Shown here piece after piece: positions 40,961 through 64,000 of a DNA stretch of 64,000 bases; within the stretch, counting starts at the first letter, position 1, and each line of letters starts with the position of its first letter. Both the position numbers and the translations under genes were made by a program. Source of the DNA: Octopus sinensis (taxonomy: Eukaryota). The stretch lies in assembly GCF_006345805.1 (NCBI RefSeq), contig NC_043012.1, positions 42,284,001 through 42,348,000 on the forward strand. The letters are read 5' to 3'. The notes under the pieces were generated by a model. That model saw nothing but the letters and a program-made list of their open reading frames with translations, was not told the DNA's origin and made no database searches.

Positions 40961-43329
40961 AGGTTCATTCTACACTCTAGCCATTACCATTAGTTATATT
41001 TTCAGCACACTTAGGACTACCAAAGTGTTCAGTCGTATTTATGACAATAAGATTTAATTTGGGAGTGATTTGACTGTTATTTTGAGCAAATCGAGCAACC
41101 ACTGAGAGAACTCCCTATTTGGCTACTGTTAATTTGTAGTTGAATGTAAATATAATCAAAAGTCGTTAAAATACCATAAATAATTGGTAATTAAACAAAT
41201 AATATGTTGAGTCATTTAGTAATTGACAATACTATCTAGCAGTGCTAAATCTACTTCGAATCACATCCTAGAGTTTTAATGGAATTACAGCATGTGAAAT
41301 TAAGACTGTGTTTTATCCAATACTAGCAGGCATACCCCACATTGCTTGGGATTAAGTAGCATAATTGGTGAGTCGCGAAATCCTCCATTTGTGATGCTTC
41401 ACTGTTCTTTGGTGGTAATTTCTCCCTTGCAAATATATGTGGTAGCTGTCTGTTCCATATGGAAAAAAAAAACAATGGATACATCAAAGGATCGATGTAA
41501 CACTGAAATTCTCAAACCACCTTGTTTCAACTGAAGATCAAACTGAAATATACTTATCCAAGTACCCTGGTTAATGTAGTTTAAGAATATATATGGTTAT
41601 GGGGGGAGGATGTCTATATCCAAAACCCAAGCAAATAGACAGAGGCTACAACTTTATATATATGGATGTAAATAAAATGGAAAAAAAAATATTAAATCAG
41701 TTATCTATTGAAGTTTCCATCTGACTTTTGCCTCTTTATGATAAATTAATTTTGTGGTTAACAAAAAGTAATTTACAAAAGCAACTAGCCAATAATAATA
41801 AAACTAAAAACTAAGACAAAAGCATATACACACTCCCTAATTATATACAGCAGAGAATAATAGTATTTCCTTCAAATAAAAATGAAAAATTGAAGGCAGC
41901 TCAAAACATTAATAGAATTCGAGTAGATGATGGCGAGGCTGAGGAGGTGGAATAGTAAAGCACCCTTATGAAATTGTCAGAGACCCAGCTTGTTAAAAAC
42001 GACACAGGCTGAATAATACAATTCACCAGCAAATCACTGTATTTCAGGATGTTGTATCTGTTTGGTTAAGGCTAGATTAGCACAACCCTCATGACCATCA
42101 CCTCTGACACAATCAGAATATTGGATGGAATGAAAGAATTTTGTAACAATGGATCGTTGCAAGATTAAGAAATCGCTTGTGAAAAATATTAGAAATATAT
42201 ACTTAGACACACATGTTTATTGTAAATAAATGTATCAAAAGGGGAAAAAATATATAAATGGCTAAGACTTTTACAAGCAGAATGAAACATTTGTTATTGT
42301 TGTTTAACCCCAGGCCAATCCTGATTGAGTTGATCTATGAACAAAGGCAAACAAGTCAGCATATCTTGCAGTCATTTTATCAATTAGGATTATATTCTAA
42401 AATATGTCCCCCTCCCATTTAAACAGCAACAAGATGAGATACAACAGATATTTGGTTGCAATTTCTAGCAAGTTGAACGACTATGTAGGCTCCTCCTCCC
42501 CACCTCCTTCAATGTAAAATTGGAATAGTATGAAGTTTGCATTGGAGAGTTTATGAACAAGGCTAAGTCATCATCATCATCATCATCATTTAATGTCCAA
42601 TTTGCCATGAGTTGGAGAGTTTGACAAGAACAGGTGAGCCAGAAGGATGCACCACATCCTGTGTTTGTTTTGGCATTGGTTATACAGCTGAATGCCCTTC
42701 CTAATGCCAACCACTTAACAGAGTGTACTGGGTGCTTTTTACATGGTGTCATCACCATTAAGGTCACCAAGTATGTGCACGATAAGCCTCCTCAACTGAG
42801 TGGGGCATAGAATGGAGGCATAAGAAACTATGAGAGAGAGAGAGAGATGTGAGGTTCAGATACAAGGTGAATATGAGACAGAATAGGAGAGAAGAGAGGG
42901 GAAGGTGGATGTGAGTAAATGCGCCGAGTGAAAATAGTGTAACAGCTGATTAGAGATGGAGAATGAGCTGGACACTGAAGTGTAGGGGGAAGTTAAGAAA
43001 AAAAGGTAACATAGAAGATTGATAGAAGAGTGGGTGCCAGAAGATCAGTTGTGGGGGAAGAGTCTTAATATGGCTGATATAGACAGATCTCCTCAAGTAA
43101 AGCATAATGCCATTCACCTCAGTCTCCCTTCAACATCTTAAGGTCAGTCTTCACCACTTAGTCCCATGTCTTCTTAGGTCTATCTTTTCCACATGTTCCT
43201 TCTCATTTAAGGATCAGCATTTCCTTATACAGCTGATCTCATCCATCCACATCATCTGACTCTTCTCTCTTCTCTCCTGCATACCACATCTGATGTGAGG
43301 TTTCATGGAGGCAATTTGCTGTGGTATAT

Positions 43330-44480
43330 CAGCCAAAACGTTGTGTTAATAGCAAACAAGATGAGGACAAATATCTGTCAAATGTAAATAATGTAAATAA
43401 TGAATTTAAATGTTTTATCAGTCTTGATTTGAAATTTGTTGAGGCTGCATCTATATAAAAGTAGGAATTACTTCCTGATGTAATTCTACATTGGTATACT
43501 AAGTTCTTCCACATACACTGTATATTTAAGAGACAAATTTTATTTTTATCACAATTACAGAGATTTTTTTTCCTTATTACTTTTACCTATGCTAGTGGTG
43601 CTCAAACTAGATATCCTTCTTATTTGTGTACCCATTGATCTGCTATTGTTTACATTCCAAGGTTATTATTTCTAGCAGTCTGGTCTGTATAGAAATTGTG
43701 ACAGTTGCCTCCCTTGCACTGCTTCCCACAATTATATTGATCATAATATTCAGTGTCTATCCCTGTTGGCGACTTGAATTTCTAGCCCAATGCACTTGGC
43801 TGTGGCCATTAGGAGTACTATTATTAAAATCATTTCCACTACCTACCTTATTGCTATCTCCATCATCTCTCTAGACTTTAGATATTCTCCTAGTATTGTG
43901 CATTGCTATGATTTGCATTAAGTTGTTGCTTGTAGAGAATGCCAGTTTGGTATTATGCCTATTAAATATTTTATATTTACTCTATTTAGGGAAGTGTTTA
44001 TCGACCGCAGTGACAAATTTCCTTGGAGTGTTGGAAGCTATTTGCTTACCAAATGCTGTGTTACACCACAGTGTAGTCCTCGAATTATTACTACCTTGGT
44101 AGTTTCTATTATTAGAAGGAGTAGGTTTAGCAATGTGAATTCTGTTTCTGAAGGGGTTTTTCCCCATTCCTAATGCCCTGCCTATTATTATTTTGCTATT
44201 ATTTTTACTAGGGGGTTTAATTATATTTTCTTTTGCATGTTATTGTTTTAGTTATACACTTTAAAGTCAGATCTTCTATATCCCATGATTCTTCCACTAA
44301 TTTCACTATATTCCTGTGGTTTTTTGTTTTCTCAAATACCAGTGTCCTGGTTTTCAAATAGGATTACTGGTATGCACTGAGCCTGAAGGATTGCTTGGAG
44401 AAACATGGTATGTTGTATAAAACGGCCAAATTATTGTATCTGTACAGCATGGAACTATTAGCAGTTCTTTTTAAAATTCT
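43330..44480 (-). mobile_element. Highly decayed Penelope-like element
   Basis: TLWCNTAFGKQIASNTPRKFVTAVDKHFPK resembles the PLE WFNPP(F/Y)S...F...DKHFP linker. Confidence 0.55.
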
Positions 44481-44568
44481 GTGTACATTAAATGACATTT
44501 ATCCTTCACTAGATGGAGTACTTTTTAGTTGATCCTACCAGAAAAGTAAACTAACAGACCAGTAAACT

Positions 44569-44622
<54 letters not shown>

Positions 44623-44795
44623 AGAGTAAACACATAAATGTGAAACAAGGTGAAAAAAAGAGTACTCAAATACCAGTGGTAGAGTAATATGCTTTATTTA
44701 AAGCAGCAGAAAATTCAACAAAATCTGTTAATCTGAGTTTCTCGTTGCCGTTCAGAGTAACAGATTTTGTTGAATTTTCTGCTGCTTTAAATAAA

Positions 44796-44858
<63 letters not shown>

Positions 44859-44989
44859 TACAATGGTATATGTGTTTAATCTCATGCTTGTGTTTATGCA
44901 TTGATTAATTTTTTAACTCATCAAAATGTGTTTATATATTTAAATACATATTTCCCACCAGTGGTGTCTTCTTGTTTTGGAGAAATTAA

Positions 44990-46320
44990 GTGAAGGCAAA
45001 GCTATTCCCTTCAACACCAACAAACCTTCCAATACTGTTGGAAGGTTTGCTGATTCCTATTCAAACTACAGGATCAACTCATCTGTCATCTCTTGAATCA
45101 GTAGCTTCTCATCAGATCACACTATTGCCTTATTGCCATTATGTCTCCCCCCACCCCCATCTTTCTGTCAACTCTAGTATGCCCCATGCTGTGCTTTTGT
45201 TCCCCACTCTTTCTTTTGTGCATCAATGAACTACTTGCTATTATATACAACTATCGTTCCTATTTAGATGACATTCACCGACCATCAAATACTAGCAACC
45301 TAGAAACTCATGCCAAATCCAGAGAAACAGAAACCTTTGAAATCCTGCTCCAATGGCAATTTGCCAATCTTGTCTCTTTCAGCAATAGGAAAACACAAAT
45401 AATACTCACATCAAGAAAAATATCATTGACAGACCTCAAAATTGCTCCAATTGTTGGGTGTTACAATCACCCATCATTCGAGCATGGTTGTTGCCAGTGC
45501 TGCCTAACTGGCTCCCTTGCTGGTGACATGTAAAAAGAACCATTCAAGCATGGTCGATGCCAGTACCTTTTGACTGGCCCTCGTGCTGGTGGCATGTAAA
45601 AAACACCCACTACACTCTTGGAATGGTTGGCATTAGGAAGGGCATCCAGCTGTAGAAACTTTGCCAGATCAGATTGGAGCCTGATGCAGCCTTCTGGCTC
45701 ACCAGCCCTCAGTCAAACCATCCAACCCATGGAAAGCAGACGTTAAACAATGCTGATGATAGCTAAGATCATATCCCAATGATTGGTCCTTCTCTTTAGA
45801 GTGAAAAGATACTTCATACCTCAACAATGAGTGATACTCTACAAAGCTCAGGTGAAGTCGACAAGGAAATATTCCTCTCACATCTGGTATGATGAGATTG
45901 CCACATGTACAGAAACCCTAGACTGCATTCAGAAAAGGGTCACCTATATGACTAACTTAAATCATTCTGAGACATCATGATTCAGCTTCCAGTTAACACA
46001 CACTCCTCATTCTCTCTCTGCCTTTTCTATCACTATTATAATGGCCCTCTACTCCTCACAGGCTGCTGGCTTTATTCTACTTCTATTCAGGTATCCCTTT
46101 TTTGCCTCTTATTACTTTTGTTGTGGCTAACACAGTTAGGTCCTACATTAATTACAATGCCCAATCATTCTTTCTCAGAAGTTTACCTCTACCCACCAAG
46201 AACAACCTTCCTGTTCATATCTTTCCTGCCAGGATTGAAGGTCCAAGAGGAATATTAATGGTATCAAATCTCACTGGTTTCGGAGGGTCTGTCAGGGCCA
46301 TCGCACTGCCCCTTTCTCTA
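44990..46320 (+). mobile_element. Highly decayed LINE RT (CR1/L2/Jockey-like) interrupted by an RTE 3' end
   Basis: SVNSSMPHAVL..PLFLLCINELL..YLDD resembles GVPQGSVLSPTLFLLFINDL..YADD. Confidence 0.5.
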
Positions 46321-48600
46321 GATGCAGCAATATACATATATGTTATCAACTGCAGATAATGTGTGTTTTGCTTATTTGCTAGTTCACTGCCATACAGCAC
46401 TCTGAAGACTTCTTTGTAGCACTGGGTATTAAAACACCTGGAGGTCATAGACAGGCAAGACAACTGAAAGTCGTAGATACTTAAAAGTTATACACTGGTG
46501 ATTCACTCCATCCCTAGTTCAATTCAGGTACATGTTAATTAAACCACAATCAATACCCATCACTCCTGAATGTGACTGAAGGGAAATTGCCTTGCTTGTC
46601 AATGACTTTTAGATGTTTTAACACCATTGAGTATGAATTAAAAGCACTGCTTTTAATTCATATATAGTTTGCTATACAATATCTCAGCCAAAAATAAAAG
46701 TATTTTTAAAAAATCAGAAAATATCAACTCGGTTATGGCTGGGAGATTAACAGTTTCCTCAAAGTAGTCACCCTCAGCTTCAACCATGGATACAAGACGG
46801 CTCCAGAATCTGGCACATGCATTCCTCTAAGTGTCGTTCGGGAAGATCTTTGAACATCTCGTTGATCTTGGTCAGCAGCTGAGTCTCGGTGTTGCAGGCA
46901 GAGCAGTTGATGTCTTTCTCGATTGGAGCCTGGTGCGGCCGTCTGGTTCACCACCCCTCAGTCAAAATCGTCCAAGCCATGCTAGCATGGAAAGCAGACG
47001 TTAAACGATGATGATGATGACCGCAGACATCTTAATCCACAGGATTACACTTGGCAGAATTAGGAGGCAAGTTGTGGAAATTCTCTGACAACCACTTCTG
47101 ACTAAGCCAAATCCTGCGGCCACACACATTGCCTCCCAGCAGCAACTCTTTCCAGTCAGGGTATGACCACAGTCTCCAGCTGCTTCACAGTTATTTGTAT
47201 TGAGCCTAAGGCTGTGTTCAAACATGTGAGGATGAACTCTAAGGTACGGATGTAGTCAGAACGCCGGCTATGTCCCTTCCTGTCCCGTAATCTCTGTTAC
47301 AGTTGTCCATGTCATGTCGTACAGTGTTCACATAGTACCAAGCAGCAGCTATAATGTGGGCATTTTGATATTCGGTGTGAATCATCCATGATACAGATGT
47401 TATCCGACATTCCAGTCCTCCATGTCAGCTAACTTTTTCTCAACTACAACTTTAACCTTTATGCTCTCCAGCGCCGTTGACTGTTCACCAATCTATCAAA
47501 CTGTTCCTGAAAAAAAAGAGACATGAAATATCGTCAAATTCAGCCCGAACACCCAGTGTGCATATGTGTCTGTGTGCGCGCGCGCTTTCGTACCATAGGT
47601 AAACAGATAGTGAGGACGAGAGATAGTTTAAGAGAGAGGAGGAGGGAGAGAGAGGGAGAGAAATATGGGAGGAGATAAGACTTTTAATATTCGAGTTGAC
47701 AAGGAAATAAAAATATGTCCCAAGCTAGGATTAATATGGCTACTACTACTACAATGAGACCGAGTTTCAACAATCTTATCGTTTGTTTCAGCCAACAAAA
47801 GCCCATAAAGCATTTTACACTCTTGATTTATGAACAAAAATATTTGTAATTAACTGTAATAAAATATCACAAGACATAGAAATACTTTGCTTTTGAATCT
47901 GACTTCGAAATGACTCATAACTTAACGTTTAACATAGTTTAAAAATAAAAAGAACGAAATTTGAACACCCCAAAACTTTTCATTCTTAGAGACAAAACAA
48001 TATCCGTAGAAGATCGTTGTTAAATGTAATTAGCTTTATATTTCGATGGAATATGTTTATTACCTGGTTTTGAAGTATCTGTATTTTCTCCGACAGTTCT
48101 CTGTTGCGATTCTGCTTCAGAATCGTTCATTTTCGATTGTGGCGGCTGAGTATTATTATTATCGTTAGTTTTTAGTAAAGCTCCACGGAGTTTATACTGG
48201 ACAGCAAGTCGGTCCATGCTCGTAATTGAAGGTAGTATTTGAAAAAGGTCAGGGCATACACGAGCAGAAAAATATTTCTAAGTGTACATGGAGATTATTT
48301 TACCGCTTACATTTCCTGAGAGCGTGTTTGTGTGCAGGTGCGCGCAAAGTCTACGTAAGCATGTGTGATGGTGGTGATGGTGGCGGGCAGTGTAACTTTG
48401 GACTTAGCAGCGTAGTCTAAAATAGATAATGCACATTGAATGAGCTATTAGTTTAATATACACTGTTGAAATGAGTCAGAAAGGGAGACATGCCAGAAAT
48501 ATCAGCTAAATGTCTTTCGAACTATATCCTGCTGGTTTGGAAAAAAAAAAAGCATGGACAATGTCCTAAATATACTATATTGGGGAAAAGAATGTGATGG

Positions 48601-49450
48601 TATAGCTTCGTTAAGCTATACGCAAAGAAACTAGTAGAGACGAGAATACATTTATCAAATGTTTATTACTTTACGTACGTCAAGGCTTAAGTGGTCAGTT
48701 ATTTCTGTTCACTCAGATTCGTTTCAAGCTCGCTGTTGACATTCTTCTGTTTTTCTTCTCCTTCCGGAAGTCCTTTTGTTTCCCTGCTGACCGACATCCT
48801 AGCTAGCCTGCAGAGAAGTTTCTGTCTACAGTTCGACAGTCACGAATCCTGCCCTACATAGCTCTCCCGCCAGAACTGTAGACTGTCATTGGAAACAGGA
48901 AGGCGTTTTAATTGTCCTGCCCATGCGTGCGGTTACTCGATTCTTTGGTGACTGTTCCTTGTCAAGGGTTGGTGTGATCTGTCTAGGACGGCCCCTGTTT
49001 GATGGTTGGGCCACCTGAACGGGGCTGTCAATGTCGAGATGGGCTGGTTTCAATCCATCGATGGAGACTGTGTCTTGTCGCCCGCCAGTTAGGAGTTGGA
49101 ATGTTTTATCTCCCGGATGTATGACTTGATATGGACCATCGTAGGGTGACTGGAGGGGTCTTCGTCGTGTGTCACGTCGGACGAACACAAAGTCAGTCGT
49201 ACGGAGGTCATTTTTGGTACGGAAGATCGTGTGTCGACATGGGAACAGGGCGCAACTGGCCCACGCTGTCTCTCAGTTAAGCGAGGTACCTTTTGACATC
49301 CGGGTCTGACTTCGTATTCGGAAGGAACCCTCGTGGCACCGTAAGGGGAGCACCGTACACCATTTCCGCGGAGGAAGTGTTGAGATCTTCTTTTGGAGCA
49401 GCGCGGGTTCCTAGCATCACCCATGGGAATTGGTCGATCTAATTTGGCCC
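48601..49450 (-). mobile_element. Gypsy/Ty3 LTR retrotransposon 3' remnant (integrase C-terminus, PPT, LTR)
   Basis: ORF 48886-49188 FVRRD...PLQSPYDGPYQVI...TVSIDGLKPAH (GPY/F region). Purine tract ggcgggagag, then TGTAG LTR start at 48858, and AATAAA at ~48665. LTR end approximate. Confidence 0.85.
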
Positions 49451-49499
49451 GTTAAGTCTGGTTGTCAGTGATTCCTTCAGGCAGCAGGGAAATCTCTCC

Positions 49500-49860
49500 A
49501 CTAATCCGTTGGCCTGGATTTCCAAGATATAGCCCCTCCCCCCACCAGGTCATCACAGATCCTCCTCCATGTTTAACAGTTGGAAGAAGGCAGTCTGGGT
49601 CAAATGCTTCTTTTGGCTGTTTCCACATCTATACTCGGCCACTGGTCGGAAATAGGGTAAAGGATGACTTTGTCCTAGAAAATAACATTCTAGGGACCAA
49701 TTCTGTAGGTTTTTACTCCACTCTAAACGCTTTGCAACGTTTTTGTTTGTTTGTTTGTTTTTTTTGTTTTCTTTGAAAGTAGTGGTTTTCTGATTGCAGC
49801 CCTCCCGTGAAATCCGGCTTCGTGCAGCTCCCGTCTTTACATTCCCTCCAGTTGACAATC
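49500..49860 (-). mobile_element. Tc1 transposase fragment
   Basis: Minus strand encodes ...SSFTLFPTSGRV..WKQPKEAFDPDCLLPTVKHGGGSVMTW, with the Tc1 TVKHGGGSVMVWG motif. Confidence 0.8.
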
Positions 49861-49899
49861 AGTTCCTCGAGAGGGCTTAATTCCACATTGGTTCCTTCT

Positions 49900-50890
49900 G
49901 GCCTCATCATTTTTTAATAATTTTTCCATTCATCCCATTCCATTCGATGTTCTTCCTTAATCCTTGCAATCTCCGCAAAGCTTCTATCTTCTCTCGCGAG
50001 TTTTTCCATCTTACTCTGCGAAACATATGACTGCCCTGACTATTCCGAAGAGGACAGTTCTGAGCAGCTGATATCTGAATCGCTGATATCTTCTAACATT
50101 TTCACTTGGCTTACCCTCCTCTATGAAGAGGGAAAGTTTGTTTGTTTGTCCCCACTCCCCACAAGAATAGCTGGTAGGAAGCCTTCCATTCAATATTACT
50201 TCCAATTTTACCCCATTTGGTAGTTCTGTTGTCTCTGGTATTCCAGTATATTCTGTTTGGTTGACTCGAAAAAACATCTCCAGTCCGTAACCCATCAATT
50301 TATTTGTTGGGTCCGGGTTATCTGGAGGATGCTGATGCTCTCATCTCCTTCTTCGTCTCCCACGTCAAGGATCGCCGCTATTAGCCACTCGGGTTCCATT
50401 TCAGGCAGAATCCTGCCCACTCTAACTCTGGCAACGCACTTGCCCAAGCATGTAGGCAGGAGGGTCCACACGTCCGAATGTAACAGCACAGCGGAGTACT
50501 CGCTTGCCTCCTTTTTGGAGGTGTAAGTGACCACCACTGTGCCGTACCTTCTACCTCTTGTGCAATCTCTTCTAGGCACTTTTCTACTTCTTTCTGTGTT
50601 GCCATATCTAGTTTTCTCTGGCTTCTCGAGAACGTTCTGTATATAATCTCTTTTTTTTTTCCATTTCCTTCAATTCTTCTTCTGGTGGGATCAACTTTAT
50701 GTTAGATCCCTCTCTCTCTGTACCCTTTCTTGGTATTTTTGTATGAGCTCGTCTTTGAAATCTACTTCACATTGCTTCAGCAAACTTGGGTCCACAGTTT
50801 TCTGTCTTCCTGTTGCTGAAGCGTAAGTCTTCGACTCCATTTGAGATACCTTTCCACGTAAAAACCAATTACAGACACAAACCAACCACT
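49900..50890 (-). mobile_element. Decayed ORF1-like (L1/Tx1-type) LINE 5' region
   Basis: Frameshifted pieces MESKTYASA..., ..RVRVGRILPEMEPEWL.., and LEVILNGRLPTSYSCGEWGQ, which looks like a degenerate G.P.C..C...GH knuckle. Confidence 0.55.
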
Positions 50891-51803
50891 ACGGATGGCG
50901 TCACACTTATTGAGTTATCTTCTTGATATTACTAATAAAATTACTACGAATGTTCGAGGAAATTTCTTTCTTTGTTGCCCACAAGCGGTCGACAAAGAGA
51001 GGACAGCACAAACACATGTGGGGACACATAACACAAAATAGCTAAAATAAAATTCAAAATAAAATTATAAATATGATAATATGAATAAATAACGAGGATG
51101 AGAAAATGGAAATGTACTGCTTGCCCCACCTCAAGCAGCATCACTTACTTCCTTGGGAGCCCTTTAACTACATCAACACCAAATTTCTCTCATAGTTCTT
51201 CATACCCTATGTTGTCTGGTATCCTTTTAATGTCTGTATTGATTTCCCAGAACTTATAACCTTTTTTGCATTTCCTCACTACTTCTATCTGTTTTTCTGA
51301 CAGTAATTTCATCTCGTGGCTTCCCCTTTCTTACTCCTCGATTCTCTTCTCTTTATAACTTTATATTTGTCAACAATGCTTGGAAATATGTATTAGTTAC
51401 TTTGCTTTTGAGAAAAGACGCCTAACTTACTTTCACAACTTTATCGGGACTTGTTGCAGGTCGTTCATCCATGACATCATGCACATACATATTGCATATG
51501 AATAAGGTTATTACGTAAGTTATGGTCATCTTGAAATAGCTGTCGAGATAAGACATTTCATAATTCTTTTGTTTTTTCTCTTTTTTCTTTATTTTGTAAT
51601 CTATGTTTCATGCTCCATGTGAATATCGCCCGAAGCCTACCTCTGTTTATCTACTTCACTACCTTATAATGATTGTTCTTACAACCGATTTCCGATGCAG
51701 AGATATCGGCCCAGGATGAAGTGATTGAAATTTAAGTTCCTATCCATTTGAGCACTACTCTATGTTATCTACACAAAACTTATTTGCTTTCACCGACTCA
51801 CTG

Positions 51804-51843
<40 letters not shown>

Positions 51844-51919
51844 TACACACACAACTATACATATGATACAAAGCAAACTGAAGATTTTATTTCGACTATA
51901 TTGACCCCAGTTTCAAATG

Positions 51920-52050
51920 AAGGCACGTGACCTAGAAGTTTAGATATTGGGACCATAATCATAATGTCTTGGGTTCAATTCCTGGGTCAGACAGTGCACT
52001 GTGTCCTTGAGCAAGGCACTTTATTTCACGTTGTTCCTATCACCTGATCA
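51920..52050 (+). mobile_element. tRNA-derived SINE head
   Basis: ggcacgtgacctag...GGTTCAATTCC B box, then tgtgtccttgagcaaggcact core. Confidence 0.6.
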
Positions 52051-52127
52051 AGAAATAAGTAGCAGCATGTAGCTACTTCTCTGTCCCTGCAGTTATCACA
52101 CCCAGGATGAACAGCTGGGTGAAAAGT

Positions 52128-61674
<9,547 letters not shown>

Positions 61675-62097
61675 TGGTTGTATATCTAATCAGTTTTAGC
61701 CATGCTGGAAGATTACCTGTTCCTTCATGTTATTTCCCTCCCTCCCTCCCACGCCAATATCACTATGAACAACTAATTACATCATATAAATCAAGCGATA
61801 CGCACACACATACATACATATACACATGTAGATAAATATATATACATACACGCACACACATATATACACGCTATGCTCATACACACACACACATATACAT
61901 ACATATAATACATCAGACATCCAAAATGGCTATGGAAAAACATTTAGTAGTTAAAGATGTCCACACACGTTGTGTAACAGCACTTGGTTATAATCCGACA
62001 CGGCGAGAGATTGTTATTGGCTGTCAAGGTAAGTTTGCATTAATCACATTTTTATAGGTAATAATATTTTCTTACACTTAATAACACTTTACATCTG

Positions 62098-63322
62098 TGA
62101 GGGTGGGTTAAAAAGTTCATAGGCTGACTATGGGGGAATGATACTAGAGCTGTGGAATCTTGCATGCATTAATTTCAACTGGCATCTGACTGTTCAAAGA
62201 AGACTTCAAAAGTAACTAGTAGTGACGTCACTTAAAAATGGACAAAATTTGGCATCGTAATGTTACCAAATACCTGCAGAAAAGATTTTAGCCCCCTAAG
62301 AACATTCAGGCCTGTCATGATTGCTACATTAGTGAAGGACACTCCAGATTCATCGACACCGAAAAAAGTGGGCAGCTGAATTTAGGAGAAGGGAGAGTCT
62401 TGAAGATGACCCAAAGTCTGGACGTCCTGCAACTGCCACCATCGAAGAAAACACCGATCGTGTTCACCACATGGGGAGGAATGAAAGGCAACTGGTTATA
62501 AATCAAATAGTAATGCTTTTAGTATATCCCGTGAGACAGTGAGGAATATTCTGCACAATGAACTTGGCATGATGAAGGCTTCTGCTCGGTGGGTTCCATG
62601 TCTTTTGACACCTGATTAAAAGCGCACCAGGCTGATCACACCACGGGAAAATCTGACATTGTTTGAGGGAGATCCAGCTGGTTTCCTTGAATGCTTCTTA
62701 ACTCAGGTTGAGTGTTAGCTTCATCACTTTGAGCCAGAGACAAAGAAACGATTCAAGCAGTGGAAGCACCCTTCCTCACCTGCTCTAAAGGAAGACAAGG
62801 TCGTTTCATTTGTAAGGAAAGTGATGGTCTCAGTTTTTTGGGGTTACACCATCAATGGAGAGTACCATGCCAACTTGCTGAGGCAGTTTCGAATGGCTAT
62901 GAAAACCAAACACCAGGAACACTGACAAAAGCGGTCTTGTTTCAAAAGCGGTCTTGCCCAGCGCACACGTCTTTGGTTTCAATGGCTTCTGTGTGTGTAG
63001 CTTTGAACCGGTTGATCACCCTCCCTGTCCTCATGATTTGGCCCCTTTTGACTATCATGTTTCCCAACGTGAGAAAAACACGTTGCTGGGAACCAATAGC
63101 GCAGTGTTGAAGTTATATCAGGTATTGATGGCATTTTTCACTAACAGGATGGAAGCTTCAACAATGGATTCAAACACAACAACACCGTCGGAAGAAGTCT
63201 GTGTACCGCAAGGGGGTGTATGTTGAAAAATAAGCCGCATTTGGTCAGATTCCATGAGAAAATCTTGGTCAGATTCCATGAGAAAATCTTGGTCAGCCAG
63301 TGAAACTTTCTGCCTACTCTCG
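62098..63322 (+). mobile_element. Decayed full-length-type mariner element
   Basis: Degenerate TIRs (gagggtgggttaaaaagttcataggctgac / gtcagccagtgaaactttctgcctactctc). Transposase remnants SLEDDPKSGRPAT, ASARWVPCLLT, HHFEPETK, HPPCPHDLAPFDY, with stops and frameshifts. Confidence 0.88.
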
Positions 63323-63378
63323 CGACAATACCTCAGACAAACTTCTTGTTTCTAATTTCAACTCTTGATTGAATACTA

Positions 63379-64000
63379 ACATACATACACACATACATAC
63401 ATACATACATACATACATACATACATACATACATACATACACATACATACATGTATGCATGCATGTATGCATGATTACATACATACAAACATACATACAT
63501 ACAATACATACATGCATACATACATACATACATACAATACATACATACATACATACATGCATGCATTCATGCATGCATGCATACATACATACATACAATA
63601 CATACATGCATACATACATACATACATACATACATACATACATACATACACACATACATACTTACATACAATACATACATGCATACATACATACATACAT
63701 ACACACATACAAACATACATACATACATACATACATACAATACATACATACATACATGCATGCATGCATGTATGCATGATTACATACATACATACATTCA
63801 TACATACATACAAACATACATACATACATACAATACATACATACATACATACATACATACATACATACATACATACATACATACATACATACATGGATGC
63901 ATGCATGCATGCATACATACATACATACATACAATACAATACATACATGCATACATACATACATACATACATACATACATACATACATACATACACACAT
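63379..64000. repeat. (CATA)n microsatellite with CATG variants
   Basis: Directly visible. Confidence 0.97.

Noticed and set aside
47240-47400. miRNA precursor candidate
   Set aside because: I could not find a convincing hairpin or a match to conserved miRNAs I know.

Overview
AT-rich, repeat-dense eukaryotic (animal) genomic DNA. The repeat families look cephalopod/octopus-like to me, which is recall rather than a database result. There are no prokaryotic features, and most ORFs in the track are microsatellite noise or antisense to transposon ORFs. One host gene is well supported but missing from the ORF track because it is spliced: a minus-strand BORCS8 (MEF2BNB) homolog. It has four GT-AG exons at 8068-7979, 5676-5564, 5063-4999 and 4300-4193, a probable ATG exon at 38677-38629 and a tentative last exon near 1794. 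Its inferred ~30.5 kb first intron and the upstream region are filled with decayed transposons: a near-full-length RTE LINE with a PHD-type finger plus many RTE 3' ends, three Penelope-like elements, a cluster of composite non-autonomous Helitrons, CR1-like, CRE-like and L1/Tx1-like LINE remnants, a Gypsy integrase/LTR remnant, mariner/Tc1 relics, MITEs and tRNA-derived SINEs. There are also long (TA)n arrays punctuated by CATATG, and a near-identical ~3.7 kb tandem array at 52.1-61.7 kb. I found no clearly new multi-gene system. The best leads are non-canonical hammerhead-like motifs in the Penelope repeats (one has a compensatory U3-A8 core), a strand-specific hairpin plus uORF just upstream of the putative BORCS8 start, modular Helitrons, and fold-back junctions.
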